Assembly (NCBI GenBank): GCA_902565645.1
Contig: CACFFJ010000003.1
Coordinates: 41,969-105,968 of the forward strand
DNA length: 64,000 nt
Reading direction: 5' to 3'
Source of the DNA: an uncultured Candidatus Actinomarina sp.
GTDB taxonomy: Bacteria > Actinomycetota > Acidimicrobiia > Actinomarinales > Actinomarinaceae
In this document: one piece after another, positions 54,244 through 63,013 of the stretch
How the letters are laid out: every line of letters begins with the position of its first letter
How positions within the stretch are numbered: position 1 is the first letter of the stretch
Notes under the pieces: model-generated
Told to the model about the DNA's origin: nothing
The model's input: the letters and a program-made list of their open reading frames with translations, nothing else
The model's database searches: none
Program-made: the position numbers and the translations under genes

Positions 54244-55055
54244 ACCTGAAATACTCCGACAATCAAAACTATTGAGAAGCCAATAACTTGCTTAGGTTCT
54301 AACATTTCATTTAAGATTATTGCTCCTAAGACAACACCAGTTACCGGTTCAAGGTAAGTTATAGTACTAACAGCTAAAGGTTTTATTACTTTAACAACAT
54401 ACCAATAAGTAGTTAAACCTAAAGCAGTCAAAATTAAACCAAGGAATAAACTAATCAAAATATTTGAAACCATCCAACTCCATCCATCAAATGTGAATTT
54501 GATAAGAATTAAGGCAGCTATCAATAATTGAGAAAAAGCAACTTTTAATCCACCAATCTTAGATGAGTATCTTTCTCCTATAGTTATTATAAAAGCCAAA
54601 CTTATGGCACTTATTATCCCGTACAAAACACCATTCAGTGACTCTATTTTGGAAATATCAAGAAGTAGGTACAAACCAAAGAATCCAAACAATATTAAAA
54701 CTATTTGATAATACATTGGTTTAGTTCCACGGGCAAACTCTATAAATATAACAAATATCGGATAAGAGAAAACTAAACCTATACCAACAGCAACAGAGTT
54801 TAGCTCTATAGATTCAAACATAGTTACCCAATGTATAGCAAGTAAAGGGCCTAGAATAAATCCTGGTCTTATTAGCTCTCTAAAATTTCTTTCTTTTCTA
54901 AATAAAATAAATCCTAAAAATATAGACCCAATAAACGTTCTGATTCCAACAAGTGAAATGGAACTAATGTCTGATGTTTTAATAATTAAAGGTATTGTTC
55001 CCCAAGATATAGCCAATACAGTTATGGCTAGATACGCCCTGAGAACTTGGTTCAC
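54204..55055 (-). CDS. EamA/DMT-family transporter
   Basis: 283 aa with about 10 TM helices in two similar halves, the typical drug/metabolite transporter pattern. Confidence 0.75.
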   Translation of the reverse strand: MNQVLRAYLAITVLAISWGTIPLIIKTSDISSISLVGIRTFIGSIFLGFILFRKERNFRELIRPGFILGPLLAIHWVTMFESIELNSVAVGIGLVFSYPIFVIFIEFARGTKPMYYQIVLILFGFFGLYLLLDISKIESLNGVLYGIISAISLAFIITIGERYSSKIGGLKVAFSQLLIAALILIKFTFDGWSWMVSNILISLFLGLILTALGLTTYWYVVKVIKPLAVSTITYLEPVTGVVLGAIILNEMLEPKQVIGFSIVLIVGVFQVYFDSKIKPASTL

Positions 55056-56413
55056 TATTCTTCTTGTCTTGAATAGTTACTAAATTGAGTGTATTCCTTA
55101 CTGAAGTAAAGATCTACCTTGCCAGTTGATCCCGATCTATGTTTTACAATATTAACTTCCGCAACACCAGGTCTTTCTGTTCCTGGGTTATAGTAGTCAT
55201 CCCTGTAAAGCATCATTACGATATCAGCATCTTGCTCAATAGCTCCTGACTCTCTTAAGTCTCCTAACCTTGGTCTTTTATCTTCTCTAGCTTCAGCAGC
55301 TCTGTTCAGCTGAGATAATGCAATAATTGGAACCTTCAATTCTCTAGCTAAATTCTTTAAGTTTCTACTTATCTCTGCAATCTCTTGTTGTCTATTATCC
55401 CCTGACATGCCCTGCATTAATTGAAGATAGTCAACAACTATTAAATCAAGACCCTTTGAAGCTTTAAGCCTTCTTGATTTGGCTCTTATATCAGTAACTG
55501 TTATTACAGAAGCATCATCAAAATATAATGGCATGTTGTTTACTTTTGAAGCAGCCTCAACAACTCTTGACCATTTTTCCGGACCTAACTGACCTTTCCT
55601 GGCATCACCCGATGTTACTTTTGCTTCAGAAAATAAAACTCGCTGAACTAATTCTTCTTTTGTCATTTCAAGAGAGAAGAAGGCAGTTATTTTATTTTCT
55701 TTTGCAACATTGGTCGAGATATTTAGTGCTAATGAAGATTTACCCATGCTTGGGCGAGCAGCAATAACAACAAGGTTTCCATCTTGTAATCCAGCTAATG
55801 TAGAATCTAAATCTGAAAAGTGTGTTGGAAGCCCAGAAAGCCCTGTTCCTTGGTTTTCTATTTCTTCTATTCTTTCAATAGCTCCATCCAGAACATCGGA
55901 AACCCCAATTAATCCTTCTCCTATAGCATCATCTGAAGCACTAAAAATAGATTGTTCTGCTTCATCAATAACATTTGCAATTTCTTTATCAGTTGCATAT
56001 GCCAACAATTCAATTCTTCCACTTGCTTTTAACAATTTTCTTCTGTTTGAATTCTCCAGAACTATTTCAATGTATCTTTCAAAGTTTGCTGAGCTTGGGA
56101 CGTTATCTACTAATTGAGCAATTGTTGAGGTTTTAAGATTAGTAGTATTTTTTTTATCTTTAAAAACAACCTCTGATACTGTTACGCTATCTATTGGCTT
56201 TCCGGAGTCAAATAGTTCTTTCATTGCATCAAATATTGTTTGATTCGTAGGGCTATAAAAATCCTGAGACTTGATTTCCTCCATTAATCTATTGGAGGCG
56301 TCTCTCGACAAAAGAGCACTACCTAATAACGCCTCTTCTGCTTCAATACTATGAGGCGGTGTTTTTTGAACACCAATTGAATCTCTTGAAGAAATTGCCT
56401 CTGGTCCTGCCAT
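55055..56413 (-). CDS. dnaB: replicative DNA helicase
   Basis: 452 aa with PHSIEAEEALLGS, Walker A ARPSMGKSSLALN and the RecA-like C-domain (DYLQLM). Confidence 0.95.
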   Translation of the reverse strand: MAGPEAISSRDSIGVQKTPPHSIEAEEALLGSALLSRDASNRLMEEIKSQDFYSPTNQTIFDAMKELFDSGKPIDSVTVSEVVFKDKKNTTNLKTSTIAQLVDNVPSSANFERYIEIVLENSNRRKLLKASGRIELLAYATDKEIANVIDEAEQSIFSASDDAIGEGLIGVSDVLDGAIERIEEIENQGTGLSGLPTHFSDLDSTLAGLQDGNLVVIAARPSMGKSSLALNISTNVAKENKITAFFSLEMTKEELVQRVLFSEAKVTSGDARKGQLGPEKWSRVVEAASKVNNMPLYFDDASVITVTDIRAKSRRLKASKGLDLIVVDYLQLMQGMSGDNRQQEIAEISRNLKNLARELKVPIIALSQLNRAAEAREDKRPRLGDLRESGAIEQDADIVMMLYRDDYYNPGTERPGVAEVNIVKHRSGSTGKVDLYFSKEYTQFSNYSRQEE

Positions 56414-56865
56414 TATGCTGACTCCGGAATGACTTCAAGAATTACTTCAAAATCAACATCTTCACTTAATTGTATTTTTATATTATGGAGGCCAATTTCT
56501 TTTACTTGATTTTCTGCAACAATTTGTTTCTCTTCAAGCCGGAATCCCGAAAATTTTTCAATTACTTCAGCAATTTCTAAGGTGCTAACCGATGCATAAA
56601 GGGTCCCTTCATCAGTTGATGTTTGAGGGAGAACTAAATGTGCATCAGCAAGTGCTAACTTTATAGATTCTGCTAATTCTTTATTTTCTTCAATTGCTTC
56701 CTCTCTCTTCTCTTGCATTTTTTGAGCAATTGATATATTTGAATTAGTAGCAACAATCGCTAAATTTTTTGGAATTAAATAGTTCCTTGCATAGCCTTTA
56801 GCTACATCAACAATGTCACCCTTCCTACCAAGTTTTTGTATATCTTTATTTAATATTAATTTCAT
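56413..56865 (-). CDS. rplI: 50S ribosomal protein L9
   Basis: 150 aa beginning MKLILNKDIQKLGRKGDIVDVAKGYARNYLIPKNLA. Confidence 0.9.
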   Translation of the reverse strand: MKLILNKDIQKLGRKGDIVDVAKGYARNYLIPKNLAIVATNSNISIAQKMQEKREEAIEENKELAESIKLALADAHLVLPQTSTDEGTLYASVSTLEIAEVIEKFSGFRLEEKQIVAENQVKEIGLHNIKIQLSEDVDFEVILEVIPESA

Positions 56866-57143
56866 CTTCTGTTGTAAGACTGCTTATAAGTACTTGTAGT
56901 GACATATGGAAGTAGTGCAAGCTCTCTTGCAATCTTTACTAATCTTGCAACTTTTGCTTGTTCCTGTTTTGTTATACCAGTAATTAAACTAGAACGAATC
57001 TTTCCTCTGTCGGAAACAAATTTTTCTAATAACTTAACATCTTTATAGGTTGCTTGTTCTATTTGTTGTTTCGTTATTCTTCTTTGTTTCGGAGCTTCAT
57101 ATTTTGAGCTCTTAAACTTTCCTGATCTACCTTGTTGTGCCAT
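56862..57143 (-). CDS. rpsR: 30S ribosomal protein S18
   Basis: 93 aa with DVKLLEKFVSDRGKI...TGITKQEQAKVARLVKIARELALLPY. Confidence 0.9.
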   Translation of the reverse strand: MAQQGRSGKFKSSKYEAPKQRRITKQQIEQATYKDVKLLEKFVSDRGKIRSSLITGITKQEQAKVARLVKIARELALLPYVTTSTYKQSYNRR

Positions 57144-57152
57144 AAAAATTCC

Positions 57153-57581
57153 TTAAAAAGGTGCTTCGTTTTCTTCAAAGTCATCTCTAGCTTTTGGGGT
57201 ATCACTACCTCCTGTAGACCCTCCTGAAGTTCTTTCTATATTTGCTCTAGCCCATCGTAAGCTTGGAGCTATTTCGTCTATAGCTATATCAACTACTGAT
57301 CGGTTTTGTCCTTCTTGTGTTTCCCAAGATCTGTAATTAAGTCTCCCTACTACTATTACTCTCATTCCTTTTTGAAGAGATGAAGAAGCATTTTCAGCCA
57401 TGTCATTCCAAACTGTTCCTTGAAAATACATTGGCTCACCTTCTTCCCATGAACCATCAGAGTTTCTTTTTCTTTTATTTTGAGCAATTCTTATTTCAGC
57501 TAAAGTAGCTCCTGAGTCAGTAACTCTAACTTCAGGATCTGCCGTTAAGTTGCCTACTATTGTAACTGTATTATCTACCAT
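57153..57581 (-). CDS. ssb: single-stranded DNA-binding protein
   Basis: 142 aa with an OB-fold start (VTIVGNLTADPE), a Gly-rich linker and an acidic tail (DDFEENEAPF). Confidence 0.9.
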   Translation of the reverse strand: MVDNTVTIVGNLTADPEVRVTDSGATLAEIRIAQNKRKRNSDGSWEEGEPMYFQGTVWNDMAENASSSLQKGMRVIVVGRLNYRSWETQEGQNRSVVDIAIDEIAPSLRWARANIERTSGGSTGGSDTPKARDDFEENEAPF

Positions 57582-57593
57582 TTTTCTATACCT

Positions 57594-57881
57594 CTAGCTT
57601 TCCATCTTTAATACTTTGTGTCTAATCACATCATCAGATATTTTTAGCACTCTATCTAGCTCATTTGGAAGATTTGCTGGTCCCTCAAACGAAGTAATTG
57701 TATATATACCTTCATTGAAAGTTTCAATTTGATATGCTAATTTTCTTTTTTGCCAGACACCTTGCTCTTGTACATTACCCCCATTTGATGTAATTACTTC
57801 AGTAATGTTTTCATGTATTTCATTAACTACAGAGTCTTCTGCAGTAGGTCTCAAGATTGAGACTAAGTCATATTTTTTCAT
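57594..57881 (-). CDS. rpsF: 30S ribosomal protein S6
   Basis: 95 aa beginning MKKYDLVSILRP. It is the first gene of the rpsF-ssb-rpsR-rplI block. Confidence 0.9.
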   Translation of the reverse strand: MKKYDLVSILRPTAEDSVVNEIHENITEVITSNGGNVQEQGVWQKRKLAYQIETFNEGIYTITSFEGPANLPNELDRVLKISDDVIRHKVLKMES

Positions 57882-57900
57882 ATCTCTCCTATGGACACTT

Positions 57901-57927
57901 GTACGTGGCTTCTTTCGAAGCAGGTAC
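57901..57927 (-). promoter_or_regulatory. hairpin in the rpsF 5' leader (candidate S6:S18 autoregulatory element)
   Basis: Minus-strand RNA: GUAC-CU-GCUUC-GAAA-GAAGC-CAC-GUAC. It has a GNRA tetraloop and an asymmetric internal loop, and lies 20 nt upstream of the rpsF AUG. Confidence 0.35.
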
Positions 57928-57952
57928 TTATTAATTTAATACTAGAAAAGAG

Positions 57953-58816
57953 TTATGACAGAATTTTCTTAACTTCTTTTTTCCACTCTTTTATGTTATT
58001 TTCTGTGAGCTCTCCTGCATCATATGAGTGATTTTCTGTAGGAAAAGTCTGCTTTTCTATATCATTTTTAAAGCTTTTCATGCTATCTACAACATTCTCA
58101 TATTGATTTGAGTATCTTTTTACAAACTTTGCATCTATATACTCTTTAGACTTCATACCAATTAAATCATGATAAACAAGCACTTGGCCATCAACTTTTA
58201 CTCCTGCACCAATACCTATTGTTGGTATTGAAATATTTTCAGTCACTGTTTCTGCAACGATAGAAGGGACTCCCTCTAAAACTATTGCAAAACATCCAAG
58301 CGATTCGAGTGTGATTGCATCTTCAAGTAGCTGTGTTGCTAACTCTAGAGTTCTACCTTGTATCTTATAGCCACCCATAACATTTTTTGATTGGGGTGTA
58401 AGACCTAGGTGCCCCATTACTGGAATTTCTGCATTAACTAACGCCTCTATCATATTTTTTCTCTTAGAGCCTCCCTCAAGTTTTACACCATCTGCTTTAC
58501 CTTCCTGAATAAAACGTGAGGCATTATGCAAGGTTTCTTTTGGTGTGCTGTGAAAACTCATATACGGCATATCAGCAACAACTAAGGATACCGGCTTAGC
58601 TCTTGTGACTGCTTTTACATGGTGAAGCATTTCATCCATAGTCACAGAAAGTGTATCGTCATGTCCAAGAACTACTTGCGCTAAAGAGTCTCCTACTAAA
58701 ATAATATCTATCTCAGCTTCAGAAACTGCTTTTGCAGATGGGTAGTCGTAAGCGGTCATCATTGATATGACTCTATCGTTTTTTAAACTAACTATTTTAG
58801 GTACTGTTTTTTTCAT
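57953..58816 (-). CDS. panB: 3-methyl-2-oxobutanoate hydroxymethyltransferase
   Basis: 287 aa with MMTAYDYPSA, LVGDSLAQVVLGHDDT and VKLEGG. Confidence 0.9.
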   Translation of the reverse strand: MKKTVPKIVSLKNDRVISMMTAYDYPSAKAVSEAEIDIILVGDSLAQVVLGHDDTLSVTMDEMLHHVKAVTRAKPVSLVVADMPYMSFHSTPKETLHNASRFIQEGKADGVKLEGGSKRKNMIEALVNAEIPVMGHLGLTPQSKNVMGGYKIQGRTLELATQLLEDAITLESLGCFAIVLEGVPSIVAETVTENISIPTIGIGAGVKVDGQVLVYHDLIGMKSKEYIDAKFVKRYSNQYENVVDSMKSFKNDIEKQTFPTENHSYDAGELTENNIKEWKKEVKKILS

Positions 58817-58909
58817 ATTTATCTCTCCGCCTTACTGGTCGAAGGACTTAACACCATTTTAGATTAATAATTTCAATAAACAAAAACTTATAATTATTAT
58901 CTAGGTAGT

Positions 58910-59506
58910 GTGAAAAATTTAAAATATCTATTTCTATTAGTATTAATTGCATGTACAAGTTCAATTTTTGGTGGCTCTATGTCTAGTGAAAAAGCATACT
59001 TTGCTGGAGGGTGTTTTTGGTGTATGGAACCTCCTTTCGAAGCACTAGATGGCGTTATTGAAGCAACCTCAGGATATATGGGTGGAGATGTAGAGAACCC
59101 AACTTATGAACAGGTAACTACTGGTCAAACTGGGCATGCAGAGGTTGTTGAAATTGTATTTGATCCAGAGATAGTTTCTTATGAGGAGCTACTAGAAGTA
59201 TTTTGGAGGAATATTGATCCTACAGCATTAAATTACCAATTTGCTGATGTCGGTTCACAATACAGAACAGAAATATTTACTGTAGGAGAAGAGCAAAATC
59301 GTTTAGCTCAAGAATCAAAAGTTAAGTTAGAGGAGTCTGGCAAGTTTAATAAACCAATTGTTACTGCTATTTCACCTGCACCAGTTTTTTATATAGCTGA
59401 AGAATATCATCAAGACTACTACAAAAAACAAAGCGTTAGATATCAGTTATATGCAAGAGCAAGTGGACGAAAAGGTTTCCTTGAAGATACCTGGGGAGAC
59501 GAATAA
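58910..59506 (+). CDS. msrA: peptide-methionine (S)-S-oxide reductase with a lipoprotein-type signal peptide
   Basis: 198 aa with a GTG start. The N-terminus is MKNLKYLFLLVLIAC (lipobox-like LIAC). The catalytic motif is GGCFWCMEP. Confidence 0.9.
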   Translation: MKNLKYLFLLVLIACTSSIFGGSMSSEKAYFAGGCFWCMEPPFEALDGVIEATSGYMGGDVENPTYEQVTTGQTGHAEVVEIVFDPEIVSYEELLEVFWRNIDPTALNYQFADVGSQYRTEIFTVGEEQNRLAQESKVKLEESGKFNKPIVTAISPAPVFYIAEEYHQDYYKKQSVRYQLYARASGRKGFLEDTWGDE

Positions 59507-59562
59507 ATTCTCTTACTCTAATCTAACTAGAAAAAATAATTTTACTTCTTTATAATTTTTTC

Positions 59563-60432
59563 ATGAACACAAAAATTTGTGTAATAGGAAGCTCAAATAT
59601 AGATCAATTTTCATATGTTGCAAATATACCTGCTGATGGAGAGACGGTTTTTGGTGACTCATACGAAACAGGTTTTGGTGGAAAAGGGGCAAATCAAGCA
59701 ATTATGGCAGGATTACTTGGTGCTGAAACAACTATGATCACCTGTCTAGGTAGTGATATTTTTGCTGAAAGTACTATTGAAAATTTTAAAAACAATGGTG
59801 TCAATGTAGATCATATTCAAAGAGTTAATGGCTCAAGTGGTGTTGCTCCTATTTGGGTTGATTCAAATGGACAAAATAGAATAATTGTAATTCCTGGTGC
59901 AAATAATTTAATAGATGCGGACAAAGCAATTTCTTCAATAGAAAAGATAGCCGACCTTTCAGTCCTAGTTGGACAGTGTGAAATTCCAATGGAAGTAAAT
60001 CAAAAAGTTTTTCAATTTGCTAAAAATAAAAATATAACAACTATTTTCAACCCTGCACCAGCTCAAAAATTAGATGAAGAGTTCCTAGAGTATGTTAATT
60101 GGTTGATTCCAAATGAAATAGAGTTTGAAGTAATTAGTGGTATGAAAGTAAATGATGAAAATTTAATTAACTTCAAAAAAGAAATACCTTCTAATCTCCT
60201 AGTAACTCTTGGTGAAAATGGTGCAGTTTTAGTAGAGGACGAAAGTGTCTTATATTTCGATGCCCCTAAAGTTAATGTTGTTGATACTACTGGAGCTGGA
60301 GATGCATTTATTGGAGCTTTTGCTTTTGGTCTTTCCTCTTCAGAAAGTCTAAATAAATCAATAGAACTAGCTGTTGAGAAAGCAAGCTTATCGGTTACAA
60401 AAAAAGGTACTCAGTCTTCCTATTTAAATTAA
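59563..60432 (+). CDS. rbsK: ribokinase (PfkB family)
   Basis: 289 aa with GSSNIDQ, GGKGANQA and DTTGAGDAFIGAF. Confidence 0.8.
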   Translation: MNTKICVIGSSNIDQFSYVANIPADGETVFGDSYETGFGGKGANQAIMAGLLGAETTMITCLGSDIFAESTIENFKNNGVNVDHIQRVNGSSGVAPIWVDSNGQNRIIVIPGANNLIDADKAISSIEKIADLSVLVGQCEIPMEVNQKVFQFAKNKNITTIFNPAPAQKLDEEFLEYVNWLIPNEIEFEVISGMKVNDENLINFKKEIPSNLLVTLGENGAVLVEDESVLYFDAPKVNVVDTTGAGDAFIGAFAFGLSSSESLNKSIELAVEKASLSVTKKGTQSSYLN

Positions 60433-60653
60433 TCTTTTTTTCTAAGATCTTTAGTTTTAATTAACCAAGATATAGTGACACCGATGGCGATAACAAAGAT
60501 AAATATTCCAAAATACTCATGCTCAACAATCTTAAATTCTGAATTAGAAAAAAAGACTCTATCAACTAAGGAAGAAAGGAATCTTAAAATAATCCCAGTA
60601 CCAACTAGAGCTATAAAAGATCCTATAAATTTATTAGGTAACTTATCTTCCAT
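60429..60653 (-). CDS. small two-TM membrane protein
   Basis: 74 aa with two hydrophobic helices and a basic tail. It is a tandem partner of 60655..60870. Confidence 0.4.
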   Translation of the reverse strand: MEDKLPNKFIGSFIALVGTGIILRFLSSLVDRVFFSNSEFKIVEHEYFGIFIFVIAIGVTISWLIKTKDLRKKD

Positions 60654-60654
60654 T

Positions 60655-60870
60655 TCATTCTTCTTCTATGTAGCTTTTATTAAACATCCAAATAATCGTA
60701 TATATTAAAGCTAAGGCAAAAATGTAATAATTGTAATTAGGTATATCTGAAATTCCTAAGCTAAATATTGCATCAATTATGGCAGTGAATATTCTTAATA
60801 GTATTCCAGACCAAATCAGTCTCCAGATATCAAATCTTTTAAAAATTGAAATAATATTTCCACTATCCAT
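60655..60870 (-). CDS. small two-TM membrane protein
   Basis: 71 aa with the same architecture as the downstream neighbour and an acidic tail. Confidence 0.4.
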   Translation of the reverse strand: MDSGNIISIFKRFDIWRLIWSGILLRIFTAIIDAIFSLGISDIPNYNYYIFALALIYTIIWMFNKSYIEEE

Positions 60871-60897
60871 GAATTAAATTTTACACACGTTTATGTG

Positions 60898-61707
60898 TTA
60901 TGAGCTCTCAACTTTTAAGCTTGATTCCAATATTATCTTTGTTGCATTACTAACAGATTTTAGGTATTCATCCTTTGATAGAGCTTCTTTTCTGTTTTGA
61001 TCCCCATAAACAACAAGAAGGGCTCCTGTTCTAATTTTTCTGTAACTACCAACAACAAATAAAGTTGAAACTTCCATTTCTGAACAAAGAACACCTCCTT
61101 TAACCCAAGCTTCCCATTTCTCATGTAACTCATGAGAAACTGGCATCGAGTCTGGATCATGTTGTCCATAAAATGAATCCTTTGATTGCACAACTCCTAT
61201 ATGATAAGTTCCACCATGAGCTTTTGTGGCTTCTTCTAACGCACTAACCATATCAGCAGATGGAACAGCGGGAAACTCTATTGGCATATATTGAGGTGAA
61301 GTTCCTTCTTGTCTAACAGCTCCATTAGCAATAACTAAGTCTCCTATTCTTGTGTGCTCTTGCATTGCCCCAGATGTCCCAAGACGTACTAATGTCTTAG
61401 CTCCTATGTTTGCTAATTCTTCTACTGCTATTGCTGCGGAAGGGCAGCCTATTCCCGTCGATGTAACACTTACAGGCCTGCCTTTATAAGTACCGGTAAT
61501 TGTTTTATATTCTCTGTTGTATGCAACTTCTTTTGCATCTTCGAAGTGTTCAGCGATAAATTCTACTCTTCCAGGGTCACCAGGAAGAATAACGAAATCA
61601 GCAATATCACCTTCTTTTAACTGTATGTGATATTGACGATCACCATCTAACATTGACTTCTTTTCTGACATAAATTTGATGATATCAAAGCAAGAACTAA
61701 AGGTCAC
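60898..61707 (-). CDS. udp: uridine phosphorylase (PNP/UDP family 1)
   Basis: ILPGDPGRVEFIAEHF, STGIGCPSAAIAVEEL, RLGTSGAMQ and SEMEVSTLF closely parallel E. coli Udp as recalled. The likely true start is the ATG at 61671 (MSEKKS...). Confidence 0.8.
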   Translation of the reverse strand: MTFSSCFDIIKFMSEKKSMLDGDRQYHIQLKEGDIADFVILPGDPGRVEFIAEHFEDAKEVAYNREYKTITGTYKGRPVSVTSTGIGCPSAAIAVEELANIGAKTLVRLGTSGAMQEHTRIGDLVIANGAVRQEGTSPQYMPIEFPAVPSADMVSALEEATKAHGGTYHIGVVQSKDSFYGQHDPDSMPVSHELHEKWEAWVKGGVLCSEMEVSTLFVVGSYRKIRTGALLVVYGDQNRKEALSKDEYLKSVSNATKIILESSLKVESS

Positions 61708-61761
61708 TAAGTTTTTTAATAAATATGTAGAAATTACTCGGAAAACTGATACTTTATTGAT

Positions 61762-62961
61762 ATGGATATTCCAACAATTGATTTCCCGAACTCAGATAAA
61801 GAGTTCATAGATAATCCTTACCCTTACATGAAAGAACTTAGGGAAACGTCACCTATACATTACGACACATTCAGCGGTTTAAATCTGATTACTAAATTCG
61901 AAGATGTAAAAAGTGTACAAACAAGTAAGACTTTCTCTTCTTCTGACCCTGAGGAAATAAAGGCCTCTGATGAAAAAGTTTCCCAAAGAGAAGAGTATCA
62001 ATATTTTTGGAGAACAGAAGAGTTCTCATTATTGAACTTAGAGGGTCAACTACATGGAGATTTAAGAGGGCTTGTTGCAAAAGCTTTTTCAAACCGGCAA
62101 GTTCAAGAGCTACGACCGTTTATGGAAAAAAAGTCTAACGAACTTTTATCTTCAGTTAATCCTGATAGGTTTGATTTGTTAAAAGACTATGCACAACCAT
62201 ATTCAGTCTCTGTGATTGGTGCACTGCTTGGAGTGCCAAAAGAACAATATGATAATTTTCTATACTGGTCAAACTGCATTGTTAAAATGTATGATTTAAA
62301 AATATCAAAAGAAGATGCTGACGAGGCTGAACAAGCTGCCAAAGATTTTTATTACTACATAACTGGCCTAATTGAAGAAAAAAGCAAAAATCCTCAAAAT
62401 GATATGATCTCTAGGTTGTCTGTTGTGACGGAAAATAATCAAAAATTAACAGTTGATCAAATAGTCTGTACTGTGATTCTCTTGTTAAATGCAGGTCATG
62501 AAGCAACAGTAAATACAATTGGAAACTCTATGGTCGCTTTAAACAATAACAATATAAATACTAAAGGTCTTAATAAAAAATTTGAAATAAAAGACGTAAT
62601 TGAAGAACTAATTAGGTGGGATAGCCCTCTTCAGTTTTTTCAAAGGTGGGTTACTGAAGATACAGAGCTTGCAGGTTTTAAACTTGAGAAAAATTCAAAA
62701 GTTGCAATTTTACTTGGTTCTGCAAATAGAGATGAAGATGCTTTTAACCAAGCAGAAAGTATTAATTTTGAAAGGTCGAATTATGGTCATACAAGTTTTG
62801 GTGGTGGTGTGCATTTTTGTTTGGGTGCACATTTAGCAAGACTTGAGCTTGAGGTTTCTTTTTTGAACCTATTTAAACATGAAATTAGATTATTAGAAAA
62901 GCCAGAGAGGACTGGTGCGTTCGGCATCAGAGGTTTTAAAGAAGTAATTGTATCAATATAA
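61762..62961 (+). CDS. cytochrome P450
   Basis: 399 aa with the I-helix LLNAGHEATVNT, ExxR (ELIRWDSP) and the heme-Cys loop FGGGVHFCLGAHLA. Confidence 0.9.
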   Translation: MDIPTIDFPNSDKEFIDNPYPYMKELRETSPIHYDTFSGLNLITKFEDVKSVQTSKTFSSSDPEEIKASDEKVSQREEYQYFWRTEEFSLLNLEGQLHGDLRGLVAKAFSNRQVQELRPFMEKKSNELLSSVNPDRFDLLKDYAQPYSVSVIGALLGVPKEQYDNFLYWSNCIVKMYDLKISKEDADEAEQAAKDFYYYITGLIEEKSKNPQNDMISRLSVVTENNQKLTVDQIVCTVILLLNAGHEATVNTIGNSMVALNNNNINTKGLNKKFEIKDVIEELIRWDSPLQFFQRWVTEDTELAGFKLEKNSKVAILLGSANRDEDAFNQAESINFERSNYGHTSFGGGVHFCLGAHLARLELEVSFLNLFKHEIRLLEKPERTGAFGIRGFKEVIVSI

Positions 62962-63013
62962 AAAATAACAATATATTTCTACACATTTTTTAGATTCTAT
63001 TTAAACTTCAGAT

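Noticed and set aside
60651-60657. TGA stop of the 71-aa ORF one base before the ATG of the 74-aa ORF, considered as a possible Sec/readthrough fusion.
   Set aside because: The downstream ORF is in a different reading frame, and no hairpin follows the TGA.
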